Source: an uncultured Actinomycetes bacterium (lineage in GTDB: Bacteria > Actinomycetota > UBA4738 > HRBIN12). Taken from it: DNA of 64,000 bases. Each line of letters begins with the position of its first letter. Position 1 is the first letter of the stretch. This document shows, piece by piece, positions 19,440-28,675 of the stretch. The DNA is taken from NCBI GenBank assembly GCA_963728735.1, contig CAVSLX010000010.1, positions 12,456 to 76,455 on the forward strand. Reading direction: 5' to 3'. A program made the position numbers and the translations under genes. The notes below the pieces were generated by a model. The model was not told the origin of the DNA. It worked only from the letters and a program-made list of their open reading frames with translations, and ran no database searches.

Positions 19440-20285
19440 ATGCGACGAGGTTGGATCGTCCTGCTCGCAGCGCTGACGTTCGTGGGGACCCTGGCCGCGT
19501 CGCCCGCGGTCGCGGGGGGCTCGTGGCTGGAGCTCAGGGAGGTCCAAGGGACGGGGGCCGTCGGCGACGACCCCTGGGGTGGCTGGGTCGGGCCGGGCGC
19601 CACCGCGACGATGCGAGGCGACTTCTGCGACGGGCAGCAGGCGCATCCGTCGGCCGGACCCTGGACGGCCTACCTTTCGCCCGATGCGGGTGGCCCGTCG
19701 ATCGCGCTCTCGCCCGTGACGATCGGACCGGCCACCGGCAACGCGTGTCAATGGGTCGCCTCGACGACGTTCGTCGTGCCGGACGTCCCCACTGGCTCTT
19801 ACTGGGTGCACGTCTGCGCCGACCCCGCATGCACGGTGGGTGTCGGCGACCTCGCCGGCGGGGTCGTAACGGTTGCGCGCACCGCGACCGAGGCCGGTCT
19901 GTTCCGCGAGAACACGGAGCTCCGCGGCCGTGTGGCGTCGCTCGCTCGGGCACGGGACCGGCAGGTGAAAGAGCTCGAACAGCTCGAGGCCGAGCTGCGC
20001 TCGAAGAGCGAGGAGCTGGCCACGGCGGACCAGGAGCTCCTCACGGCGCATCAGTGGGCGGGATCGCTCGCCGACGCCCGAGACGCGGTCGCGGCCGACC
20101 TCCGGGCAGCCCGCGATGGCGGGGAGGCGTGGCGTCTCGTCGCCGTGGCGTCGCTCGCGGCCGTGCTCCTCATGCTGGTGCTGGCGGGCATCTGGGCGTA
20201 CCGCCGCCGCCGCGCGGGTCGGATCGACGTGCCCGACACCCCCGCGGAGCTGCTCCGGCGGCAGGCCGACGACATCGGCGTCTAG
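19440..20285 (+). CDS. Hypothetical type-I membrane protein: Cys-rich ectodomain, coiled coil, C-terminal TM anchor
   Basis: SD AAGGGGAGG lies before the ATG. Signal peptide (..SPAVAGG), 6 Cys, heptad-like RENTELRGRVASLARARDRQVKELEQLEAELRSKSEELATADQELL, TM segment LVAVASLAAVLLMLVLAGIWAY followed by an RRRR tail. Confidence 0.55.
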   Translation: MRRGWIVLLAALTFVGTLAASPAVAGGSWLELREVQGTGAVGDDPWGGWVGPGATATMRGDFCDGQQAHPSAGPWTAYLSPDAGGPSIALSPVTIGPATGNACQWVASTTFVVPDVPTGSYWVHVCADPACTVGVGDLAGGVVTVARTATEAGLFRENTELRGRVASLARARDRQVKELEQLEAELRSKSEELATADQELLTAHQWAGSLADARDAVAADLRAARDGGEAWRLVAVASLAAVLLMLVLAGIWAYRRRRAGRIDVPDTPAELLRRQADDIGV

Positions 20286-20406
20286 CCCGGCTCCGCTCGC
20301 GGGGCTGTCGGTGATTGGCGCTCGCATCCCGATTTTTGGCCCTCGCGCCGAGCGGCCGGAGGCGGGTATCCTTCGAGGACACCCCCGGAACTGGAGACGA
20401 TGCCCG

Positions 20407-22140
20407 TTGCTCCCCCCTGACGCTTCGCCGTTTCGTGTTCGCCGGCTGCTCGTGCCGCTGGTGCTCTCGCTCGCCCTCATGCTCCTCGCGCCCGTGCCCG
20501 CCGGCGCCGTGATCCGCTTCCACGAGATCCTCGCCGGCCGATCGACCGCGGCGATGTACCCCTCGGGAGGAGAGTTCGACCCGAGCCGGGATCGCATCGT
20601 CGTCGCGGACACGGGTCTCGACCGCATCCTGTTCTACGCGCTCGACGGCTCGAAGCTCGGCGGGTTCGGCGCGCACGGCGACTCGAGGTACCGCTTCGAC
20701 ACGCCGCGGGACGTCGCGGTCGACGGCCAGGGGCGGATCTACGTCGCCGATGCCGCGAACAACCTCGTGAAGGCCTACACGGCGGGAGGGGCGTTCCGCT
20801 GGTCCTACGGCGGGGTCGGCAAGATCAACACGCCGATCGGCGTCACCTGGGACCAGGCCAACGCGCTCCTGCTCGTGGCCTCTACCGGGAACGACCGGAT
20901 CGTCAAGCTCACGGGCAACGGCGCACTCGTGGAATCCCATGAGATCTTCGACGCACCACGTGACGTCGCGCGTGGCCCCGACGGACTCCTTTGGGTCTCC
21001 GACTACAAGAACCACCAGATCAAGGCGTTCGACGACGGCGCGGCCACGTGGCAGCTGGAGCACACCCTCGGCTCGAACGGGCACGGCGACGGCCAGCTCA
21101 ACTTCCCCTACAACATGGACTGGAGCCCCGACGGCCAGACGCTCTACGTCTCGGACACGGGGAACAGCCGCATCTCGGTCTGGGACGTGTCGGGGCCGAC
21201 CCCGACCTGGACGGCGCACATCGGAACGAAGTGCCCCGATGAGTGCGAGCCGACGACACCGCCGGACGACAAGATCGACGATCTGCGGCGCGTCTCGGTG
21301 GTCCCGTCGGGGAACATCCTCGCGTTCGACTTCTGGGGCAACGGGATCAAGGTGTTCGCCCCGAACGGCGGCGTCGTCCGTCACATCGAGGGCCACTCGC
21401 CGAACCCGAAGGGTTTCGCGCAGGCCTTCGGCGTCGACGTGTACGCCGGCGTCGTGTACGCGATGGATCGGCTGAATCAAACGGTCGAGTCCTACGATCC
21501 GGGCTCGCGTTCGCTCCTCGCCGTCGGCGGCGATCGAGGCACCAGCACGACGGCCTTCTCGTGGCCCGAGGCGGTGGCCGCAGGCTCGGCGGGCGTGTGG
21601 ACGGCCGACACGCGCTCGGGGCGGATCCAGCTGTGGAACGACGCCCTGACGTCGGTGTCCACCGTGGTGACCGGGTTCGCCTATCCGGAGGATCTCGACG
21701 TGGCCTCGAACGGCGACGTGTACGTCGCCGACAGCGGAGGCGACCGGATCGCGCGCTGGAACGGCGTGGGGCTCTCGACCTTCGTCGGCGGGCTCACCGA
21801 TCCGCAGGGGGTGGCCGTGTTCGAGGGGGTCGCGTACGTCGCCGACACGGGGGCGGATCGGATCGTGAAGTACGACCTCGCGAGCGGGAACCAACTCGCC
21901 TCCCGAGGTGGGTTCAGCGGGCCCCAGGGGGTCGCGGTCGGCGCCGACGGCTCGGTGTGGGTGGCCGACACCGAGGCGAACCGCATCGTGCACCTGACCG
22001 CGGGGTTCGTGCCGATCGAGACCTACCGCCCGACCGGTACGCGGGCGTTCTTCCTTCCCCACACGCTCGCGGTCGCGGGGCGCAAGCTCTACGTGGCCGA
22101 CACCTTCGAGCATCGGATCCAGGTCCTGCGGACCCGCTGA
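20407..22140 (+). CDS. Secreted NHL-repeat beta-propeller protein
   Basis: Repeated NHL units (P.GVAVD..G.IYVAD..N.RI.K). Signal peptide RVRRLLVPLVLSLALMLLAPVPAGA. Start is either TTG 20407, or ATG 20400 if the C6 run at 20412-20417 is really C5. Confidence 0.8.
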   Translation: MLPPDASPFRVRRLLVPLVLSLALMLLAPVPAGAVIRFHEILAGRSTAAMYPSGGEFDPSRDRIVVADTGLDRILFYALDGSKLGGFGAHGDSRYRFDTPRDVAVDGQGRIYVADAANNLVKAYTAGGAFRWSYGGVGKINTPIGVTWDQANALLLVASTGNDRIVKLTGNGALVESHEIFDAPRDVARGPDGLLWVSDYKNHQIKAFDDGAATWQLEHTLGSNGHGDGQLNFPYNMDWSPDGQTLYVSDTGNSRISVWDVSGPTPTWTAHIGTKCPDECEPTTPPDDKIDDLRRVSVVPSGNILAFDFWGNGIKVFAPNGGVVRHIEGHSPNPKGFAQAFGVDVYAGVVYAMDRLNQTVESYDPGSRSLLAVGGDRGTSTTAFSWPEAVAAGSAGVWTADTRSGRIQLWNDALTSVSTVVTGFAYPEDLDVASNGDVYVADSGGDRIARWNGVGLSTFVGGLTDPQGVAVFEGVAYVADTGADRIVKYDLASGNQLASRGGFSGPQGVAVGADGSVWVADTEANRIVHLTAGFVPIETYRPTGTRAFFLPHTLAVAGRKLYVADTFEHRIQVLRTR

Positions 22141-23952
22141 GTGACACGCGCGGCGCACACGACGCATGCAGTCTCCGGCCCGAGGGCCGCGTTCCGTCGA
22201 CCCGTCCACCTCGTCGTCGTCGCATGCCTCGGGCTTGCGGGCCTCGTGCTGCCGGTCGTGCCGGCGCGGGGCGGGGGAGGCTTCGATCCGACCTACGCGT
22301 TCGAGGTGTCGGATCCCAAGGGGGTGGCCCCGCTGTACCCGGCCGGCGGCGACGTGGCCCCCGACGGGACCCGCTTCGTGGCCGACTCGGGGCGCAGTCG
22401 CATCGTGACGATCGGCGATCGGGGTCGCCAGCAGGTGCTCAGCGGGCCGGCGGCGGGGTGGAACGACCCTCGCGACATCGAGGTCGATGTCCGACGCCCG
22501 CAGTTGCTGTGGGTCGCGAACACGTCGGCGAACGAGATCGTGAAGCTGAACCGCGCCGGCGACGTGCTCGCGCGCATCGACGGCTTGACGCAGCCGTACG
22601 GGATCGCGAACGACCGTGGCGGCGTCTACGTCGCCGACACGTACGCCGGTCGCGTCGTGAAGATCGCGAAGAAGACGGGCAACGAGAAGTGGGCGGTCCC
22701 GAGCTGCTTCGGCTCCGGGCTGCTCCGTCCGCGGGACGTCGCGGTCGGCTCGAACGGCGACATCTACGTGGTCGACACCGACAACGATCGCGTCGTCCGC
22801 CTGAGCCCGGCGGGCGAGTGCCTGGCGCAGTTCGGCACGTTCGGCGCCGACCCGGGCGAGCTGAACGCGCCGCGCGCGATCGTCAGCGACGGCGCCGGAG
22901 GCCTCTGGATCGCCGAGGGCGGCAACGAACGGATCCAGCACTTCACGAACGGCGGCGCGTTCGTCCCCGGCAGCGACCTGGGTGGGTTCGGCAACGCGAG
23001 CGGCGAGTTCCGCTCCCCGCACTGCGTCTTCATGGACGGCCGGCTCGTGTCGGTGTGCGACACGTTCAACTTCCGGATCCAACGGTTCCGGGTGAACGAT
23101 GCGGGCGTGCCGTCCTTCCATTCGATCGTGGGCGGCACGCCGCCGGCGCGCGGCGGGTTCAACGGGGCCTTCGACGTGGCCTACGGTCCCGACGGCACGA
23201 TGTACGCCGCCGACTGGTTCAACCACCGCATCCAGAAGTTCGACGCCAACGGCAACGTCGAGTGGGCCGTGGGCCGCTACGGCACGCCGGCGGGGAGCTT
23301 CATCTTCCCCCGCGGCGTCGTCGTCGACGGAGGAACGCTCGTCGTGACCGACAGCGAGAACAGCCGGATCGACTTCCTCGACACCGCCGACGGCTCGTTC
23401 ATCAGCTCGCTGAAGCCGAGCGGCACCTCGTTGGTGCGTCCCCACCAGACCGCGCTCACCCCCGGCGGCACGTATTGGGTCGCCGACACGGGGGGAGGGC
23501 GCCTGCTGCACCTGCAGGCGAGCGGCACGGTGCTCGCCGATTCGTCGACGTGGCCCGACGGCGACGAGATCACGGGGCCGCCGCGAGGTGTCGCGGTCGA
23601 CGACGGCGGCAACGTCTACGTGTCGACGGGCAACCGCGTGCTGAAGTTCTCGGGCGCCGGCACGCTGCTCGACGTCCTCGCCGGCTTCGGCGACGGCGCG
23701 AGCCAGGTTCGCGGTCCCTACGGCCTGCGGATCGTGGGCGAGGGGGCAGGTGCGATGCTCCTGATCGCCGACCGGGGCAACCACCGCGTCGTCGTCCTCG
23801 AGCTCGACGGGACACCGGTGACGACGTTCGGTGCGCAGGGGACGGGCAACGGCCGGCTCCTGTTCCCCCAGGGCGTGGACATGAGCCCGACGAACGGCGA
23901 GGTCGCCGTGGCCGACTTCGGCAACGACCGCCTCTCGGTCTGGACCTCGTAG
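22141..23952 (+). CDS. Secreted NHL-repeat beta-propeller protein (tandem paralog)
   Basis: GTG lies directly after the upstream TGA. Signal peptide, then repeated units such as PRDVAVGSNGDIYVVDTDNDRVVRL, FNHRIQKF, GNHRVVVL. Confidence 0.8.
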   Translation: MTRAAHTTHAVSGPRAAFRRPVHLVVVACLGLAGLVLPVVPARGGGGFDPTYAFEVSDPKGVAPLYPAGGDVAPDGTRFVADSGRSRIVTIGDRGRQQVLSGPAAGWNDPRDIEVDVRRPQLLWVANTSANEIVKLNRAGDVLARIDGLTQPYGIANDRGGVYVADTYAGRVVKIAKKTGNEKWAVPSCFGSGLLRPRDVAVGSNGDIYVVDTDNDRVVRLSPAGECLAQFGTFGADPGELNAPRAIVSDGAGGLWIAEGGNERIQHFTNGGAFVPGSDLGGFGNASGEFRSPHCVFMDGRLVSVCDTFNFRIQRFRVNDAGVPSFHSIVGGTPPARGGFNGAFDVAYGPDGTMYAADWFNHRIQKFDANGNVEWAVGRYGTPAGSFIFPRGVVVDGGTLVVTDSENSRIDFLDTADGSFISSLKPSGTSLVRPHQTALTPGGTYWVADTGGGRLLHLQASGTVLADSSTWPDGDEITGPPRGVAVDDGGNVYVSTGNRVLKFSGAGTLLDVLAGFGDGASQVRGPYGLRIVGEGAGAMLLIADRGNHRVVVLELDGTPVTTFGAQGTGNGRLLFPQGVDMSPTNGEVAVADFGNDRLSVWTS

Positions 23953-23991
23953 GGCTTCCAGGCGAGGACCGCTGACGTCGCGGATGCCTCG

Positions 23992-24414
23992 TCAGGCCAT
24001 CCAGGCGTCGATCCGCTGCTCGACCTCACGCAGCCGAAGGACGAGCGTCTTCATCATCGACATCGCGACCTGCGGGTGCTCGAGCACGAACGCACGGAAC
24101 TCCTCGGCGGGGATCCGTTGCGCTCGGACGGCGGTGACGGCCCGCACGGTCGCGAGCCGCTTGCCCGGCGCGATCAGCGCCATCTCGCCGAAGAACTCGC
24201 CGGCCTTCAGCACGTGGAACCGACCGCCCACGTCGACGCGCGCCTCACCGTCGGCGATCACGTACATCGCGTCGCCGGGGTCGCCCTCGGCGACGATCAC
24301 CGTATCGGCGTCGAAGCTCGCGGGCTCGCCGATCGCCGCGATCCTGCGCAGCTCGTCCTCCGAGCATCCCGCGAAGATGCCGATCGGCTGGATCGTCGGT
24401 TCCGCCTCGCTCAT
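23992..24414 (-). CDS. Stand-alone cyclic-nucleotide-binding (CAP_ED) domain protein
   Basis: 140 aa. Phosphate-binding-cassette pattern GEFFGEMALI..GKRLATVRA. No HTH or other output domain. Confidence 0.8.
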   Translation of the reverse strand: MSEAEPTIQPIGIFAGCSEDELRRIAAIGEPASFDADTVIVAEGDPGDAMYVIADGEARVDVGGRFHVLKAGEFFGEMALIAPGKRLATVRAVTAVRAQRIPAEEFRAFVLEHPQVAMSMMKTLVLRLREVEQRIDAWMA

Positions 24415-24421
24415 CGGGGCG

Positions 24422-24427
24422 AGTGTA
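24422..24427 (-). promoter_or_regulatory. -10 box TACACT, 7 nt upstream of ATG 24414 (leaderless)
   Basis: Minus strand reads TACACT-cgccccg-ATG. Confidence 0.45.
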
Positions 24428-24524
24428 GCGGCGCCGAACCGCGCTCGACGTGGACGCGGGTGAACCTCATCACAGAAAGAACCCGACCGTTGACGGCACC
24501 TGCGCCGCCGCGGTGCACGAGATC

Positions 24525-26435
24525 TCAGCCGTTCCGGATGAACATGCCCCGCGACGCCCAGGCCTGGCCGGGCGCCGAGTCCACGAGGGCCGTGCTCCCC
24601 GGGATCGGCGCGCCGTTCCACCCGATCCGTTGCAGGACCCCGGAGGATCGACCGACATAGAGCGAACCGCTCGCCAGGGTCATGCCTCGGACCGATCCCC
24701 AGTCGAAGCCGTCGCTGGGGCCGGTCGCCACGAACGTCACCGCGCCGATCACCTCGCTCTCGGGCGTGAAGTACCGGTAGAGGAGCCTGCCGTCGCCGTT
24801 GACGGTGTAGTACAGCCGTCCGCGCGTGTGGTCGAAGAACGTTCCGGTCACGTTCGCGACGGGGAAATGGGTCGTGGTCAGCCCGCGGAGGTACACCTGG
24901 GTCACCTTGTTCCCCACGGTCGAGCCGTCGAACTTCCGGGAGTAGATCCGACCGTCGTCCCAGCCGGTGTAGATGCGGCCCTTCGTCATGAAGGCCCCCC
25001 GCGCATGCGACCAGTCGACGGAGGTCGCGAGATCCACCCGGGTGCCGGCCGCGGATCCGTCGAAGGACCGATGCGACAGATAGGTTCCGGGACTCGCCTG
25101 GGGGAGCGTGTAGAGCTCACCGGGGACCGTGGCGGGCACGTGCACCGGCACGGTGGTGCCGCCGGCGACCGGGAAGAATGCGAGCCGGTTGTGGTACTCG
25201 CCGCCGATCGTGTCGGTGTCGTTGCCCACCCACAGGCCGTGCGGCGACGCGACGAGTGCGAACACCCCGACGCCCAGGTCTCGGCCGGGGTTCCACGACA
25301 GGGGGAGACCGTTCACGGGGTCGAGCGCGGCGATGCCCCTGCGCTTCACGGCGCCCGGCCCGACGCGGTCGCCTGCGAAGGGATTGTTCCACCAGCGGAA
25401 GTGGCCGCCCACGTAGACGGCCGTCCCTGTCACCGCCACGCTGAAGCTGGTGTCCCCGCCCGCGTAGTCGATCCACGTCGGCTGCTGGCTGGGTCCGACC
25501 GGACCGATCTCCCATCTCGAGGCCGTGTCGCAGAGCACGCCGTTCGTGGCGCCCCCGAAGAAGGCGCCGGTGGTCACGACCACGAAGTACGAGCCGTCCG
25601 GTGCGATGTCGACGTCGCGCAGGTAGGTCGGGAACGCGGCCGCGCATTGCGTCGAGAAACGGAACGTTGCCCACGTCGAAACGGTCGCGGTGGTGGGCGT
25701 GAGGTCGAGCAGGGCGATCTGCCGCCGCGCGAGCCCGCCGACCGTCGTGAAGTTGCCGATGGCGACGAGGCGTGAGCCGTTGGGCGTCACGTCGAGCTTC
25801 GCGACGTGCGTGACGCCCCCGTTGTGCAGGCCGGTGAAGGGCACGTTCACGCCTTCGACGACCGCGCCCGTCACGCCGTCGACCGCCCCGAACGCCGAAC
25901 GGGGCGTGCTGCTGATCGACGTGAACTCGCCGCCCACGTAAAGGAGCCCGTTCGCGTACGCGAGGTCGTGGACCTTCTCGCCGCCGACCTGGGCCGTGAA
26001 CTGCGTCACGGTGTTGCCCTGCAGATCGAGCTTGACGAGGCGCGACCGATCCTGTCCGTTCACCCGGCTGAACTCGCCCCCGGCGAAAACGTTCGTGCCG
26101 TCGGTGGCGAGAGCGTGCACCTTGCCGTTGCTCCCCGGCCGGAACGTGTCCGAGATCGTGCCCGTGAGGGCGTCGAAAGCGAAGAGGTTCCGCCGCACGA
26201 CGATGTCGCCGCCCGGCGCCTGGACCTGCTCGAAGGCGCCGCCGACGACCACCGTGTTCCCGATCACGACGATCGCGTTCACGCGACCGTTGAGGACGTG
26301 CGGCGTGAAGTCGGCCGGATCATCGGACACGACGACGCCGTGCGGAGACTGCACGGCGGCGGCGGGCGTCGCCGCCGGTGCGAGCAGCAGGACCGGGAGC
26401 GCCATCACGAGGGCGGCACGGAGCAAGCGGCGCAT
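24525..26435 (-). CDS. Secreted beta-propeller repeat protein (GGxF-repeat, DUF5122/delta-60-like) with a C-terminal beta-rich domain
   Basis: SD GAAAGGAAGG lies before the ATG. Signal peptide ..ATPAAAV. Repeats VVVGGAFEQV, VFAGGEFSRVNG, LYVGGEFTSIS, IGNFTTVGG. Confidence 0.65.
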   Translation of the reverse strand: MRRLLRAALVMALPVLLLAPAATPAAAVQSPHGVVVSDDPADFTPHVLNGRVNAIVVIGNTVVVGGAFEQVQAPGGDIVVRRNLFAFDALTGTISDTFRPGSNGKVHALATDGTNVFAGGEFSRVNGQDRSRLVKLDLQGNTVTQFTAQVGGEKVHDLAYANGLLYVGGEFTSISSTPRSAFGAVDGVTGAVVEGVNVPFTGLHNGGVTHVAKLDVTPNGSRLVAIGNFTTVGGLARRQIALLDLTPTTATVSTWATFRFSTQCAAAFPTYLRDVDIAPDGSYFVVVTTGAFFGGATNGVLCDTASRWEIGPVGPSQQPTWIDYAGGDTSFSVAVTGTAVYVGGHFRWWNNPFAGDRVGPGAVKRRGIAALDPVNGLPLSWNPGRDLGVGVFALVASPHGLWVGNDTDTIGGEYHNRLAFFPVAGGTTVPVHVPATVPGELYTLPQASPGTYLSHRSFDGSAAGTRVDLATSVDWSHARGAFMTKGRIYTGWDDGRIYSRKFDGSTVGNKVTQVYLRGLTTTHFPVANVTGTFFDHTRGRLYYTVNGDGRLLYRYFTPESEVIGAVTFVATGPSDGFDWGSVRGMTLASGSLYVGRSSGVLQRIGWNGAPIPGSTALVDSAPGQAWASRGMFIRNG

Positions 26436-26629
26436 CGGGGGGCCTTCCTTTCTCGCTTCTTGGCCTCGCTACCTGCCGTGATCGAGGCTGTTGCTGTCCC
26501 ATGGAACCCTACGACATCGGGACCGCTTGCGTCCCTAGGTCGCTCGTCGGTTCCGCGAGCCGGGAACCCATCGGTGGCGGCCGCCCGTCGAACCACCGTC
26601 CATCACCCCACCGGAGAGGAGAACCCCCG

Positions 26630-27727
26630 ATGCGCCGTCCCAGCCGCTCCGCCGGTTCGCTCGTCCGGCGCGCCCTGCCCGCCGCGCTCGCCGCGTTCCT
26701 GGTGCTCCTCCCCGCCGGAACCGCGTTCGCCTGCGGCGGATTGGTCACGCCGAACGGCACCGTGAACCTGGTTCGGACCACGACGCTCGCCGCCTATCAC
26801 GACGGGGTCGAGCACTACATCACCTCGTTCGAGTTCGCAGGCAAGGACGCGGGCGAGGTCGGATCGATCGTGCCGCTGCCAGGCGTTCCCACCGACGTCG
26901 TGAAGGGAGGCGATTGGACGTTGCAGCGCCTGATCCAGGAGGTCCAGCCGCCCGTCTTCGCCGTCGCCGAGGATGCCGCCGCGCTGACCGCGACCCGTGC
27001 CGAGGTGCTGCTCGAGGTGGAGATCGACGCGCTCGACGTCACGGTGCTCCGCGGGGGAGCGGTCGCCGTCGGCACCTGGGCCCGTGAGCACGGCTATTTC
27101 CTTCCCCCCGACGCACCGGAGGTGCTGGACTTCTACGCGCAGCGGAGCCCGATCTTCCTCGCAGCGCGGTTCAACACCGAGCGCGCCGCCGACCAGGGCG
27201 TCCAGCGTGGCCAGGGCACGCCCATCCACGTCTCGATCCCCACCCCGAACCCGTGGGTTCCCCTTCGCATCCTCGCGCTCGGCCGTCAGGCTCCCGAGAT
27301 CGTCGAGGCGGATGTGTTCCTCCTCACCGATCGCACGCCCACGACGCTTCCGATCGCCGAACCCGCGAACGGGGACCCGGCGCAGCTCGGCATCCTCCAG
27401 GCACGGAGCGAACCGGCGTCCGAGTCGCTGCTGACCGACCTTCGCTCGGACCGCGGGATGCGCTGGTTGCCGGCCGACGACATGTGGTTCACGCATCTCG
27501 TCGTCCGCGAGACCGCGGAGAACCTGACCCACGATCTCGCGATCGACGCCAGCGGCTTCGCGCAGCCGGACCCGGCCGCGGCCGGCTTCTCGACGGCCGC
27601 GGCACTCCCGATGCCCACCGGGAACCCGTTCGACATGCTGCCGACCGCGATCGTGCTCGGCGCCGTCGCGGTGCTCGCGGTCATCTGGGGTGCCCGGCAG
27701 CGTCGCGTCGGGCCGCCCGCGGTGTGA
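26630..27727 (+). CDS. DUF2330-like exported protein with a C-terminal membrane anchor
   Basis: SD GGAGAGGAG lies before the ATG. Signal peptide ends ..GTAFA-CGG (the family-typical CGG start). C-terminal TM segment MLPTAIVLGAVAVLAVIWGA. Family call is from memory and needs an HMM check. Confidence 0.55.
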   Translation: MRRPSRSAGSLVRRALPAALAAFLVLLPAGTAFACGGLVTPNGTVNLVRTTTLAAYHDGVEHYITSFEFAGKDAGEVGSIVPLPGVPTDVVKGGDWTLQRLIQEVQPPVFAVAEDAAALTATRAEVLLEVEIDALDVTVLRGGAVAVGTWAREHGYFLPPDAPEVLDFYAQRSPIFLAARFNTERAADQGVQRGQGTPIHVSIPTPNPWVPLRILALGRQAPEIVEADVFLLTDRTPTTLPIAEPANGDPAQLGILQARSEPASESLLTDLRSDRGMRWLPADDMWFTHLVVRETAENLTHDLAIDASGFAQPDPAAAGFSTAAALPMPTGNPFDMLPTAIVLGAVAVLAVIWGARQRRVGPPAV

Positions 27728-28173
27728 TCGTGGGACGCTCCAGGTTGCGAGGAGGGATGGGCTTCATCCTCGTCGGGATCGTCGCGATGGCGACGGCCGT
27801 GGTCGTGTCCCGGGGTGGGGCAGCAGCGCGGGTCGACGGCGACCACCCTCGAACGATCGATGTCGAGCTCCGGTTCTCGAGGTTCGTCGCACCGTCGTTC
27901 GACGTGGCGGCCGGCGAGACCGTCCGGTTCGTCGTGCACAACGCCGACCCGATCGACCACGAGTTCATCCTTGGCGACGACGAGGTGCAACGCGTCCACG
28001 AAGCAGGGACCGAGGCGCATCACCCGGCCCGGCCCGGCGAGATGTCGGTCGCGCCGGGCGAGACGTCCGTGACGATCTACACCTTCCCCACCGAGCCGAC
28101 CATGCTGCTCCTCGGCTGCCACCTCCCGGGTCACTACGGGTACGGGATGCGAGCCGACGTCCGCGTCGCGTGA
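27724..28173 (+). CDS. Membrane-anchored cupredoxin (type-1 blue copper protein)
   Basis: GTG 27724 overlaps the upstream stop (GTGA); ATG 27757 is an alternative start. N-terminal TM segment. Cu ligands H (DPIDHEF) and C-x2-P-G-H-x4-M (GCHLPGHYGYGM). Confidence 0.75.
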   Translation: MIVGRSRLRGGMGFILVGIVAMATAVVVSRGGAAARVDGDHPRTIDVELRFSRFVAPSFDVAAGETVRFVVHNADPIDHEFILGDDEVQRVHEAGTEAHHPARPGEMSVAPGETSVTIYTFPTEPTMLLLGCHLPGHYGYGMRADVRVA

Positions 28174-28198
28174 CGCCGGCCCGGTAGGCTCGCGACAG

Positions 28199-28642
28199 AT
28201 GTCGTCAACGAGCGTCGCCATCGTGCTGTCGTTGATCGCCGGCGTCGCCGGCGCGATGCAGGCATCGGTCTCGGGGGCGTTCGGCCGCCGCATCGGCGTC
28301 CTCGAAGCCACCGCGTTCTCGGCGGTCTTCGGGGCGATCGTCGTGGTCGCGATCGCGGCGGCCGCCGGCCGCGCCCCCGGCATCGCCGAGGGGTTCCGGC
28401 AGCCCGCGTGGCTCTGGTCGACCGGGCTGTTCGGCGCGTTCATCCTGACGACGCTGACGTTCGCGCCGTCGCGGCTCGGCACGTACGCGACCGTCGCGCT
28501 GCTGATCGGAGGGCAACTCCTCACCGGCGCGTTGCTCGACGCGTTCGGATGGGCCGGCTCCGAGCGCGTCCCGTTCACCTTCGCGCGCGCGATCGGGCTC
28601 GTCCTGATCGCGGCCGGAGCGTTCCTGACGCTGCGGCGCTGA
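28199..28642 (+). CDS. DMT-superfamily small membrane protein (DUF606/YdcZ-like)
   Basis: 147 aa with 4-5 TM segments. TAGGCT lies 8 nt upstream of the ATG. Confidence 0.6.
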   Translation: MSSTSVAIVLSLIAGVAGAMQASVSGAFGRRIGVLEATAFSAVFGAIVVVAIAAAAGRAPGIAEGFRQPAWLWSTGLFGAFILTTLTFAPSRLGTYATVALLIGGQLLTGALLDAFGWAGSERVPFTFARAIGLVLIAAGAFLTLRR

Positions 28643-28663
28643 TCACGCCGCGACGTCGACGGC

Positions 28664-28669
28664 TACGCT
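28664..28669 (+). promoter_or_regulatory. -10 box TACGCT, 6 nt upstream of ATG 28676 (leaderless)
   Basis: TACGCT-ttcgcc-ATG with no SD. Confidence 0.5.
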
Positions 28670-28675
28670 TTCGCC

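Noticed and set aside
20170-23784. A 1204-aa ORF on the minus strand, and a 910-aa ORF at 21243-23975 (+).
   Set aside because: They are antisense or out of frame relative to the two NHL genes. They are extremely Arg/Gly/Pro-rich with no motifs. Stop-free alternative frames are expected in ~70% GC DNA.
26549-26568. The inverted repeat GGTTCC-N8-GGAACC in the divergent region between the propeller and DUF2330-like genes.
   Set aside because: With only 6-bp arms it is easily produced by chance. There is no supporting promoter geometry.
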